The notes under the pieces were generated by a model. That model was given only the letters and a program-made list of their open reading frames with translations, was not told where the DNA came from and did no database searches. 64,000 nt of DNA from Treponemataceae bacterium. GTDB lineage: Bacteria > Spirochaetota > Spirochaetia > Treponematales > Rectinemataceae. Of the stretch, positions 27,193-35,953 are shown in pieces. Each line of letters opens with the position of its first letter. Positions within the stretch are counted from its first letter, which is position 1. A program made the position numbers and the translations under genes. Location of the stretch: NCBI GenBank assembly GCA_963678065.2, contig CAXXVZ010000003.1, positions 2,080,001 through 2,144,000 of the forward strand. The letters run 5' to 3'.

Positions 27193-28362
27193 ATGAAAGC
27201 GTCAAAACGCCACACTCTCATGGGCGAAGCGCCCGCCCTCGCCCTGCGCGTTTTTCCGGCCCTCATCGCGGCCATCCTTCTCGAGCTTTTCTTCCCCGGA
27301 GCATTTCGTTTCGAGGGCCTCGCCAGAGGGATAGCCTTCGCGGCCGGCATCGAACTCGCGGCTTTCGGACTCGCGTTCTGGCTCTCGGCGGCCATCGGCC
27401 TCCTGTCCGCGTTCAGGGCCGGAACTCTGGCTACACGGGGGGCCTACGGCCTCTGCCGCCATCCCATCTTCTCGTGGTGGATACTGTTCATCCTGCCGCC
27501 TCTCGCGCTGATCCTGGATTCCTGGATTTTCCTGGCAGTGGCGGTAGTTTTCCGCGTCGTGGCGGGACCGGCAGCGAAAAGAGAAGAGGAGAGCCTCGTC
27601 AAGGGATTCGGAGAAACCTACAGAAAATACGCGTCCAGAGTGCACGCCTTCCTCCCCCTTCCCCATTTCCACCCCTTCGCCGCCCGCAGGTACGCGAAAG
27701 CCGCGGTTTTTTTGGCGCTCTCGGGGGTCTGCGCCATCGCCGCCCTCGTCGTCATCGTGGCCCCGCTCGCGACGAAGCTGGGCACGAGAAATGGAGAGTC
27801 CGAGGCCGCCATGCCTGGCGATTCCGCCATCGCCAGGCCGAAAAACACCTACACACAGGCCATAACTATAATGGTTCCCCCCGCAGAGGTCTGGAAATGG
27901 CTCGTGCAGGTAGGGTATAAACGTGCCGGCTGGTACAATTTCGACGCGATCAACCGCCTTGCAGGCAAGGACTATTTCATCGAAGGCTCGGGATCGGCCC
28001 GGTCCATCCACCCCGAGCTGCAGGGCATACGGAAGGGCGACAAGATTTTCCTCGTTCCACAGCTCGGTCTTGAAATCACCGAACTGGAAGAGAATTCACT
28101 CCTCGTGATGCAGGGCGATCCATTGCATCCGGAGGCGGAATACAATGTCGCCTGGACCTACCTCCTGAAACCGGAGCCTGACGGGTCCACCCGTCTCATT
28201 ACCCGGTTCAGGGGCACCTATCCGCCGGGATTCGTGTCCGCCCTCGCCAACAGCATGGTGAATGTTGTCGGCGGAGCCATCATCCAACAGCCCGCGATGC
28301 TGAGGGGGCTGGCGGATAGGGCCGAAAAGGCCCACAGGGCAGATGCCCGGGGAAATTCCTGA
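27193..28362 (+). CDS. ICMT/PEMT-like membrane methyltransferase fused to an SRPBCC-like domain
   Basis: G.Y..CRHP, EE..L...FGETY..Y; C-terminal PP.EVW.WLVQ.G..RAGWY. Confidence 0.72.
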   Translation: MKASKRHTLMGEAPALALRVFPALIAAILLELFFPGAFRFEGLARGIAFAAGIELAAFGLAFWLSAAIGLLSAFRAGTLATRGAYGLCRHPIFSWWILFILPPLALILDSWIFLAVAVVFRVVAGPAAKREEESLVKGFGETYRKYASRVHAFLPLPHFHPFAARRYAKAAVFLALSGVCAIAALVVIVAPLATKLGTRNGESEAAMPGDSAIARPKNTYTQAITIMVPPAEVWKWLVQVGYKRAGWYNFDAINRLAGKDYFIEGSGSARSIHPELQGIRKGDKIFLVPQLGLEITELEENSLLVMQGDPLHPEAEYNVAWTYLLKPEPDGSTRLITRFRGTYPPGFVSALANSMVNVVGGAIIQQPAMLRGLADRAEKAHRADARGNS

Positions 28363-28366
28363 AACC

Positions 28367-29344
28367 ATGTCCGAATCAAAAAAAACTTTTGCCGCTGCAT
28401 CCTCCGGGATTCCGGGTTCTTTATCCGGGAATGAGGATTCAGACCCGCTGGATCTCACGATTCTGGCCGGAAAAAACCATGCACAGATCATTCCGCAGGC
28501 CGGGGTCGCGGCGGAAGCCTTCGGCAGGCTCTTCGCCATCATCGCGCGGCTCAGGGCCCCGGACGGCTGCCCCTGGGACCGCGAGCAGAGTCTGGAAAGC
28601 CTCCGGGGGAATATCGTCGAAGAAGCCTACGAGCTCGTGGAAGCCATCGACGAGAAGGATCCCGCCCACATCGCGGAAGAGGCTGGCGATCTCTACCTCC
28701 TCGCCACCATGGTGGCCTACATGACCGAAGAGGCGGGGAGCTCCTCAGTCCGCGCGGCTCTGGACGGAGTGGGAGAAAAACTGGTCCGCCGCCACCCTCA
28801 TGTTTTTGGCGAATCGGATGCGGACACACCCGACAAGGTTGTAGAACAGTGGAACGACATCAAGGAGAAGGTCGAAGGACGACGGCCGAAGGATTCCATG
28901 CTGGACGGGATCTCCCGCGCCCTGCCCCCACTTGAGAGGGCCTACAAGATACAGAAGAAGGTCGCGAAAGCAGGATTCGAGTGGGAGACGAGAGAGGAGA
29001 TCTGGGACAAAGTCTACGAGGAGATCGGTGAGGCTCGCGAGGCCTGTGAGGCCATCATCGCCGGCGATGGTGCCGGAACCGGCGCCACGGTGGCGCACCA
29101 GGATCGTGGGAACGCACAGGCCCTGCTCGAGGGCGAAATCGGCGATATCCTCTTTTCCGTCATCAACGTGGCCCGCCGCTACAAGGTCGATCCCGCCCTC
29201 GCCCTCGGAAGGACGGTCGAAAAATTTTCACGCCGGTTCAGACATGTCGAGAAGCGCATGGCGCAGTCCGGATTGCCGATGCAGCCGGGGCACCTGCGCG
29301 AGATGGACGGTTTCTGGAACGAGGCCAAGCGGGGAGAGGCATGA
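28367..29344 (+). CDS. mazG: Nucleoside triphosphate pyrophosphohydrolase
   Basis: GCPWDREQ, EEAYE, EEAGD, KLVRRHPHVF, EIGDILF. Confidence 0.93.
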   Translation: MSESKKTFAAASSGIPGSLSGNEDSDPLDLTILAGKNHAQIIPQAGVAAEAFGRLFAIIARLRAPDGCPWDREQSLESLRGNIVEEAYELVEAIDEKDPAHIAEEAGDLYLLATMVAYMTEEAGSSSVRAALDGVGEKLVRRHPHVFGESDADTPDKVVEQWNDIKEKVEGRRPKDSMLDGISRALPPLERAYKIQKKVAKAGFEWETREEIWDKVYEEIGEAREACEAIIAGDGAGTGATVAHQDRGNAQALLEGEIGDILFSVINVARRYKVDPALALGRTVEKFSRRFRHVEKRMAQSGLPMQPGHLREMDGFWNEAKRGEA

Positions 29345-29485
29345 GAAATCTCAAGGCAGGGTGAGAGCCTCGACAAAGCTCCCGGTCCTGTTTCCCGTAC
29401 CGGAGAACCGGCTGAAGGGGAAAGCCGTCCGCGGCCTGCGGAACCGACTGGCGTCGGTGGACGATTTTTCCTATACTTGCATCCG

Positions 29486-31744
29486 ATGAGTTCGCACCTC
29501 TCCCCTGCCAGGCTGAAATCGGCCCGCAACGCGTATTACGTTTTCAATATCCTCAATTCATTTTCTTTCGTCTTGCTCTCTGGATCCTTCATCACCCTCT
29601 TCGCGCTCCGTCTCGGTGCATCGAATTCCTTCGTCGGACTGCTCAACGCCTTCGGCTACGGCACTTTTTTCTTCCTTCCGTTCGGCAAGAGGCTCGTGAG
29701 GTCATTCCCCATCGTCAAGGTCTTCGGCTACGCCTGGGCGGGCCGATACCTGGCCATGATTCCCGTCCTTGTCGCGCCGCTTTTCGCGGCGTGGGGAAAG
29801 CCCGGAATCGCCTTCGGCCTCATAATCGCCGGTACGGCGGGTTTCAGCGTGTTCCGCGGGGCCGCCCTCATCGGAAACAATCCCGTCCTCGCCCTCCTCG
29901 GAGGAGAAGGCGGTCACGGCAGCGCCGACCGCGGCGCCTTCCTCATGAACATCTCCATCATCAACTCACTCGCGGGAATGGCTGCGAGCCTCCTCGTAGC
30001 CATCATTCTCGGCCGCTCGGCGGAAACCTGGGTGTATGCCCTCTCGATGGGTCTCGGCATCGTCATCGGCCTTATCGGCGTCGGACTCCTTCTCAAGACC
30101 CCCGAACCCGAGGACTACCGCCCCGAAAAATCCGGAAATCTCGTCGCGACGACGATCGAGGCCTTCCGCGATCCTTCTTTCAAACTCTTCATAGTCATCT
30201 TTCTCGTGCTCTCTTTTGTGGGTGGCATGGCCCGCTCTTTCCTTCCTGTCTACGCCAAGGACGTGTTTTCCCAGGGCGACGACGCGGTCATGCTCTTTTC
30301 TCTCGTGGGAAGCCTCGGCTCCGTGGCGATGGGATTCCTCACGCGCAGGATTGTCGACAGGCTGGGCTCCAAGCCGCTCTTCGTGATCTTCACAGCGATG
30401 TCGCTGGCCGGACTCCTGCCGGTCGCCCTCCTGCCAGGGGACAGGCTGGCCTCGGCATCCCCCCTCGTCGTCCTCGCAATCCTCACCTTCATCAATTTCA
30501 TGGTCTCATTCAGCTTCGCGGGGGAGGAAAGCTCCGGGCAGAACTACTACTTCTCTCTGGTACCCAAGGAAAAGACCCTCGACCTCTCCGTCGTGTACTA
30601 TTTTGCCTACGGCCTCGGAGGATCTCTCGGCGCGGGGGCGGGAGGCATCGTTCTCGACGCCTTCGAGTCTCTCGGAATCGGGAACGCCGACACGTACCGG
30701 GTTTTCTATTCGGCCCTGATCCTCATACTGGCATTTTCACTGTTCAGGATGGGCAAACTCAAGCGCTTCGGTTCGGCCTCCGTTCGGGAATCCCTCGGCG
30801 TGATGTTCTCGATCCGGGACCTCCGTGCTTTCGACCTTCTGTCCCGGCTCGACCAGAGCGCCGACCCGGAGCAGGAAGTGAGGCTCATCCACGAGATCGG
30901 CGCCTCGGCGACCAAATCGACCCAGACGGAGCTGGCCCAGTACCTCGCCTCGCCTCGCTTTGAAGTCAGGATGGAAGCCCTCCTGGCCCTGGAGAACATG
31001 CCCTCTCTCGACCCTCCCCTCGTGGAAGCCCTCATCGCGGAAGTCGAGCGCCATCCCTACACGACATCCTACGTCGCGGCCCGTGTCCTCGGGAAACATG
31101 GCGCGCGGTTGGCCCTGCCCTGCCTCCGGAAGGCCATCGGAGCGGAGGATTACATGCTGCAAGGGTCGGCGATGATCTCCCTCGCCTGGCTCGGGGACAA
31201 GGTTTCGCGTCCGGAAATGGAAGCTGTCCTCGATGCGACGCCGAACCCGCGCGTCAGGATTTCCGCGGCTTACGCTCTCGAACTCCTCGGGGAGAGGGAT
31301 TCCCTCCCGGCACTGGTTTCCTGTCTGAGGAAGGACGATCCGCCAGCCTTCGTCTCGGACGAGATCGTCCTCGCCTGCGCGTCGCTGCTCGAAGTCATGA
31401 ACGGATTCTATCCGATGTACAAGGTGTTCTCGGAAAACGCCCCTGCGGGAATCGGTATGCTGACTGAGGCCATAGAAGACGGAGGTAAGGATCAGGCCTG
31501 GAAGTCGCAGTATCTCGGGGCGCTGGACCGGCTGTTTGACGACGAAAATCCCGACAGCGCTCCCATTTCCGCTTTCGTGCTCGGCGCGGGGATGGAGCCG
31601 GCCGCGGAAATCGTCCTCTCCGAGGCCATTCTCGATCCCGCGCTGTCGTATACAGGATTCAGGTTCCTTGTCGCTTCCTATCCGCTGCTTTCGGCATCGA
31701 TGGCTCCGGCAGATCAATCCGGTGCTTCAGCGGATCGGGATTGA
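29486..31744 (+). CDS. MFS transporter with C-terminal HEAT repeats
   Basis: About 12 hydrophobic segments with a DRLGSK loop, then repeated VR..A..AL helices. Confidence 0.8.
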   Translation: MSSHLSPARLKSARNAYYVFNILNSFSFVLLSGSFITLFALRLGASNSFVGLLNAFGYGTFFFLPFGKRLVRSFPIVKVFGYAWAGRYLAMIPVLVAPLFAAWGKPGIAFGLIIAGTAGFSVFRGAALIGNNPVLALLGGEGGHGSADRGAFLMNISIINSLAGMAASLLVAIILGRSAETWVYALSMGLGIVIGLIGVGLLLKTPEPEDYRPEKSGNLVATTIEAFRDPSFKLFIVIFLVLSFVGGMARSFLPVYAKDVFSQGDDAVMLFSLVGSLGSVAMGFLTRRIVDRLGSKPLFVIFTAMSLAGLLPVALLPGDRLASASPLVVLAILTFINFMVSFSFAGEESSGQNYYFSLVPKEKTLDLSVVYYFAYGLGGSLGAGAGGIVLDAFESLGIGNADTYRVFYSALILILAFSLFRMGKLKRFGSASVRESLGVMFSIRDLRAFDLLSRLDQSADPEQEVRLIHEIGASATKSTQTELAQYLASPRFEVRMEALLALENMPSLDPPLVEALIAEVERHPYTTSYVAARVLGKHGARLALPCLRKAIGAEDYMLQGSAMISLAWLGDKVSRPEMEAVLDATPNPRVRISAAYALELLGERDSLPALVSCLRKDDPPAFVSDEIVLACASLLEVMNGFYPMYKVFSENAPAGIGMLTEAIEDGGKDQAWKSQYLGALDRLFDDENPDSAPISAFVLGAGMEPAAEIVLSEAILDPALSYTGFRFLVASYPLLSASMAPADQSGASADRD

Positions 31745-31997
31745 GCCGGTAGAACACAGCCGTGTAGCCGATGAGCCGCACAAGTTCGCTGTCGGTCTTC
31801 TCCGCGAGGGACAGGGCGAGTTCCCGACTGGCTTCCTTGAAATTGCCGAATCTGAGCTTGACGAGTTCGTGGTCAGTCAGCAGGGAATCGAGCCTCGCGA
31901 CGACACCCTCACTCTCTCCGGCCTTGCCGAGAATGACAAGCGGATCGCGGGTCTGCGCGAGGCCGCTCAGAAAACCTCTCTGTTTTGATGTCAGCAC
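31659..31997 (-). CDS. yhbY: YhbY/CRM RNA-binding protein
   Basis: LTSKQR..L...A, GK.G, HELVK, IG...VFYR; GTG start. Confidence 0.88.
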   Translation of the reverse strand: MLTSKQRGFLSGLAQTRDPLVILGKAGESEGVVARLDSLLTDHELVKLRFGNFKEASRELALSLAEKTDSELVRLIGYTAVFYRLNPDPLKHRIDLPEPSMPKAADRKRQGT

Positions 31998-32010
31998 ACT
32001 ATTTCCCTTT

Positions 32011-32604
32011 TCAGAATGGAATGGCCTGGGCGAGACGCACGACAAGCCCGATGAAAGCGCCGCCGGCCGCCCGTAGTATCACAAGCACGATGAAGCCGGT
32101 AAGAAGCCCCTGCAGATAGTCGATGATCTTTCCGCGGTAGATGATCCCATTGATCCTGTGCAGGATGGGATTGAGCATGGCGTCGAGAACGAGGGAAATG
32201 GGATGAAGGCTGTTCCACCGGGCAAAGAATATGATAATCCGGATCAGGATACCCGCCGAGACGAAGGACAGGAGGAAGGAAACGGCAGACCAGGCGGCAT
32301 TGATGAGCAGTCCGATCACGATCCCCACGCTTATGCGGCCGGTGTAGGCTATAGTCGCGAATAGATTGTTGGCGACCGAGAGTAGTGCGAGGGCCACGAT
32401 GGGGGAAAAATCGAACATGCCGGTTCTGAGCCCCGGAAAACGGGCAAAGTAGTGCAGGTAAGGATCGACGATGCTGCCCAGGGCTCTGGAAAACTTTCCC
32501 TGATCGATCTCGGGAGCCCATGAAAGGAAGATCCGTATCGAGCAGAGAATCATGTAAACCGTGACGCCCGCACCCAGAAGTCGGGCAAGAACGGAAATAA
32601 CCAT
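32011..32604 (-). CDS. YggT family membrane protein
   Basis: RIFLSW, DPYL..F, DFSPI; duplicated domain. Confidence 0.85.
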   Translation of the reverse strand: MVISVLARLLGAGVTVYMILCSIRIFLSWAPEIDQGKFSRALGSIVDPYLHYFARFPGLRTGMFDFSPIVALALLSVANNLFATIAYTGRISVGIVIGLLINAAWSAVSFLLSFVSAGILIRIIIFFARWNSLHPISLVLDAMLNPILHRINGIIYRGKIIDYLQGLLTGFIVLVILRAAGGAFIGLVVRLAQAIPF

Positions 32605-32764
32605 GGCTTCCTCCACAGAAATCTGTAGGCTGGGAATTTTTAGGATAACGTTTCAAACCGGAATAGGCAAGATCGACTCTCTGCCCGGCCTGCCACGGCC
32701 GGAGCGCAGCGCCGGTTGCTGCGCGCACGCCGCCGAAGCAGTATACTCGGAGTGGGGAGGGAGG

Positions 32765-33580
32765 ATGGAAACCGGAAAAATCCTCGCTGGCACATGTGGA
32801 TACTCATACGATGACTGGCGAGGCGTCTTCTATCCCGAGACCCTGGCGAAGGATGATTTCCTCCGCTATTACTCGCTCTTCTTCCCCTTCGTCGAACTGG
32901 ATTTTTCCTGGTACGCCATGCCGAAACCGGCTTCCCTCGCGCGGATGAGCGAAAGGACAGGAAGCGGCTTTTGCTTCGCGATAAAGGCCCACCGCAGTCT
33001 CACCCACGAGACCGGTCCCGACTGGAAGGAGCGGGCCGCGGAATTTGCCGCGGCGGCGGAGGCCCTGGCGGTGCGGGACAGGCTCGCGACCATCCTCATC
33101 CAGCTGCCCTACGGTTTTTCCTACACCGAAGACAACAGGCGCTACCTCGCGGCCCTTCTCGGCGAACTCGGCGGATTCCCCCTCGCTGTGGAATTCCGGA
33201 ACGAGTCCTGGTACAGGGAACGGGTCTTCGAGGGGCTCGCCAAACGATCGACGGCGCTAGTGCTCGTGGACAGGCCCGATCTCCCGGGACTGCCCCCCGA
33301 GGCTTCGGTAGTCACATCCTCCATGGCCTACCTCCGCTTCCATGGAAGGAATTCCGGACAGTGGTGGACGGGAGACGCGACGAGCCGATACGACTACCTC
33401 TATTCGGAGGAAGAGCTCGCTCTGCGGATACCGCGGATACGCGATCTTGCGCTCCGGGCGGCGACGGTGCTCGTCGCGTTCAACAATCATGCCGAGGGCA
33501 ATGCCATCGTCAACGCGAAAAGTATCGCCGACATGCTGAAGAGAGACGCAGACGCCGACAAGACCCCCCTCAATCCATGA
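32765..33580 (+). CDS. DUF72 protein
   Basis: GTCGYSY.DW...FYP, AVEFR, YLRFHGRN, YDYLYS, FNNH..G.A. Confidence 0.9.
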   Translation: METGKILAGTCGYSYDDWRGVFYPETLAKDDFLRYYSLFFPFVELDFSWYAMPKPASLARMSERTGSGFCFAIKAHRSLTHETGPDWKERAAEFAAAAEALAVRDRLATILIQLPYGFSYTEDNRRYLAALLGELGGFPLAVEFRNESWYRERVFEGLAKRSTALVLVDRPDLPGLPPEASVVTSSMAYLRFHGRNSGQWWTGDATSRYDYLYSEEELALRIPRIRDLALRAATVLVAFNNHAEGNAIVNAKSIADMLKRDADADKTPLNP

Positions 33581-34001
33581 TCCCGGGCCAGACCCGGTCC
33601 AGGTCATCCTCGAAACGGCGACGATCCGCGAAATCCTCTCCGCGCACTGAGGCCTGGCCTTCGCAGTCGAGCGCCATAAGAACAGCCTTGCTCCAGGACG
33701 GGCGGTTGCGGGACAGGACCTCGAAGGCGAGATCCCGGGACTCAGGATCCCGGCCGCCCCTGATGATCAACTCGAGATAGCCTTCCCCGAACAGCGTCGC
33801 GGCAGTCCAGCCCGTCGCCAGGATGAACTCGGCGACATTTCGCGCTCCGTGCGAGATATCGGGATGTTCGGTCAGCCAGCGATCGTGGAATCCTGAGATC
33901 CTGAGAGTCACTCCAGTCGAAGTGATCCAGAGCGCACCTGGATACAGCCGATAATCCCCCGCGCTCTCGGGCGCGTGCGTGGCCTCCTCTGAAGTCTCCA
34001 T
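33570..34001 (-). CDS. Hypothetical protein
   Basis: ATG overlaps the stop of the upstream pseudouridine synthase (TGATG), with a GGAAGG SD. Confidence 0.6.
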   Translation of the reverse strand: METSEEATHAPESAGDYRLYPGALWITSTGVTLRISGFHDRWLTEHPDISHGARNVAEFILATGWTAATLFGEGYLELIIRGGRDPESRDLAFEVLSRNRPSWSKAVLMALDCEGQASVRGEDFADRRRFEDDLDRVWPGIMD

Positions 34002-34657
34002 CAAGGACCTTCCCTGCCGGCACAATCCGGAAAACGCGCGAGAAATGCGGAAATGTGGTCGGGCATGGGGGATATCACCTCGACGCCCGATGGCAGCCTG
34101 AGGGACCGGGCCCAGAGCATGAGCCTTCTGACGCCATGCGTCTTCCTGACGGATTTGTTGAGCGCGAAATCCCCGTGCCGGTCGTCGCCGAGAATAGGGA
34201 GTCCTATGGAGGCGAGATGGATGCGGATCTGGTGGCTGCGTCCCGTTCCGAGGATAAGCTCGAGCGAGGAAAAGACCTGGCCGCCACCATCGTCGAGGGT
34301 CGAGATGAGACGGTACCGGGTGCTCGCCGACTTCAGCTCGCCCCTCACGCCTACCGGGTCCTCGATTTTTCCCTCGGGGCGCCCAGGAATTCCGCCGCAG
34401 ACCGCCAGGTAAGTTCTGATCACGTCTTTGGAAGCTACCAGCCCCGTCCACTTTTTTGCTCCGGCGGCCGATTTCGCGAAAACCACGCACCCCGCCGTCT
34501 CGCGGTCCAGCCTGTGAACGGGGAAAGCCTTCATGCCGAAATCCCGTTCGAATGCCTCGACGAGAGAAATCCTCACACCTTCTCCCGGCTGGGAAGGCAG
34601 GCCAGAAGGTTTGTCCACGACGACGATTTCGTCGTCTTCATACAGTCGTGCGATCAC
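34001..34657 (-). CDS. RluA family pseudouridine synthase
   Basis: LYED..IVVVDKPSG, VHRLDRETAG, TGRSHQIR.H, PILGD; GTG start inferred. Confidence 0.9.
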   Translation of the reverse strand: MIARLYEDDEIVVVDKPSGLPSQPGEGVRISLVEAFERDFGMKAFPVHRLDRETAGCVVFAKSAAGAKKWTGLVASKDVIRTYLAVCGGIPGRPEGKIEDPVGVRGELKSASTRYRLISTLDDGGGQVFSSLELILGTGRSHQIRIHLASIGLPILGDDRHGDFALNKSVRKTHGVRRLMLWARSLRLPSGVEVISPMPDHISAFLARFPDCAGREGP

Positions 34658-34753
34658 GGTGAGAAAGCATAATGGCCCGACGATTCCGGAACAAGCCATC
34701 GGCGACTGAAGGGCCCCGGATGCGTCAATGCAGCCCTTCCTGTTTGGTTTTGT

Positions 34754-34840
34754 TATGCATAAATATGCAGTTTTTATGCTAATGTCGAATTGAGATACTT
34801 CGCAAAACAATGCGTATTACGCTATTTGATGCTATTTGAT
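34754..34840. promoter_or_regulatory. Candidate operator sites: palindrome TGCATAAATATGCA and direct repeat GCTATTTGAT x2
   Basis: Palindrome at 34756-34769 and tandem 10-mer at 34821-34840, in an AT-rich divergent spacer. Confidence 0.4.
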
Positions 34841-35051
34841 ACCAATAGCAGCAATGATTTCCAGACAACTTTAAATGGAAACGTCATAAAACATCGAATT
34901 TTGCAGAAAAACAAACAAATACTGCACCCAGGTCATTGCGACAAATCATCCGCTTCACTAGCATTGAGAGCATGATCCGGGCCTATTCGGGGACCGGATT
35001 CGACGCAGTTCATGAAGAATTCATGTACACGAAGCCCGCAAGGAGGCCACA

Positions 35052-35951
35052 ATGAAGCTGTCCAGTCTTTTGGATCCGAATCTGATCTGCATCAAGCCGA
35101 AGGTCGACACGAAAGAGCAGGCCATAGACCTGTTGATCCAGAAACTCTACCGTCACTACGCCTTCGAGCTCGACCGCGCAGAGATGGAAAAGAAGGTCGC
35201 GGAGCGTGAAAACCTCGGCGGAACATCCTTTCCCACGGGCATCGCTGTCCCGCACGCGAGGCTCGAGAATTTCAAGGACCTGATCGTCGGGATCATCATC
35301 CCTGAAACCCCCATAAAGACCGAAGCGAAGCCCATCCGCATGCTTGTCCTCATCCTGACGGACAAGTCGTCGTCGACCCTCTACCTCAACACACTGGCCG
35401 CTTTCGTGAAAATCTCCAAGGATGAGGGCAATTTCCTCCGCCTCGTCGACGCCGGGACCCCCCAGGATTTCATCGACACCCTGAAGGGCTTCGACATCAA
35501 CATCAAGAAAGAGCTCACCGTCGCCGACATCATGACGAAAGACCCCGTCACGGTCAAACCCGAGACGAACCTCAAGGAACTCGCGGATATTTTCTACATC
35601 CGCAAGTTCAGCTACGCTCCCGTCCTCGACGCGGCGGGAAGATTCATCGGCGAAGTGAACATCCGCGACATGCTCCGCCTCGGCATTCCCAACTACGCCA
35701 CCATGGTCGGGAGTCTCAACTTTCTCAGCACCTTCGAGCCGCTCGAGGAACTCCTCAAGAACGAGGACAAACTCCTCGTCAGCCAGATAATGAAAAAACC
35801 GTCCATCCAGTTTTCGCCCGACACATCTATCATCGAAGCCGTCCTCGAGATCTCCCAGAACAAGCGGCGCCACATTCCGGTAGTGGAGAATGGCAAGATC
35901 ATCGGCATCATCAGCGTGATGGACATTCTCAACAAGGTCATAAGGGGGTAG
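35052..35951 (+). CDS. PTS EIIA (Ntr/Fru-type) domain fused to a CBS pair
   Basis: ERE...T....GIAVPHAR phospho-His motif; V.DIMT..P and IPVVE.GKIIGIIS..DI CBS motifs. Confidence 0.88.
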   Translation: MKLSSLLDPNLICIKPKVDTKEQAIDLLIQKLYRHYAFELDRAEMEKKVAERENLGGTSFPTGIAVPHARLENFKDLIVGIIIPETPIKTEAKPIRMLVLILTDKSSSTLYLNTLAAFVKISKDEGNFLRLVDAGTPQDFIDTLKGFDINIKKELTVADIMTKDPVTVKPETNLKELADIFYIRKFSYAPVLDAAGRFIGEVNIRDMLRLGIPNYATMVGSLNFLSTFEPLEELLKNEDKLLVSQIMKKPSIQFSPDTSIIEAVLEISQNKRRHIPVVENGKIIGIISVMDILNKVIRG

Positions 35952-35953
35952 GA

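Noticed and set aside
34960..35050. Known riboswitch (fluoride, c-di-AMP, Na+) ahead of the ion transporter operon
   Set aside because: Only one simple hairpin is present, and no consensus aptamer motif is recognisable by eye.
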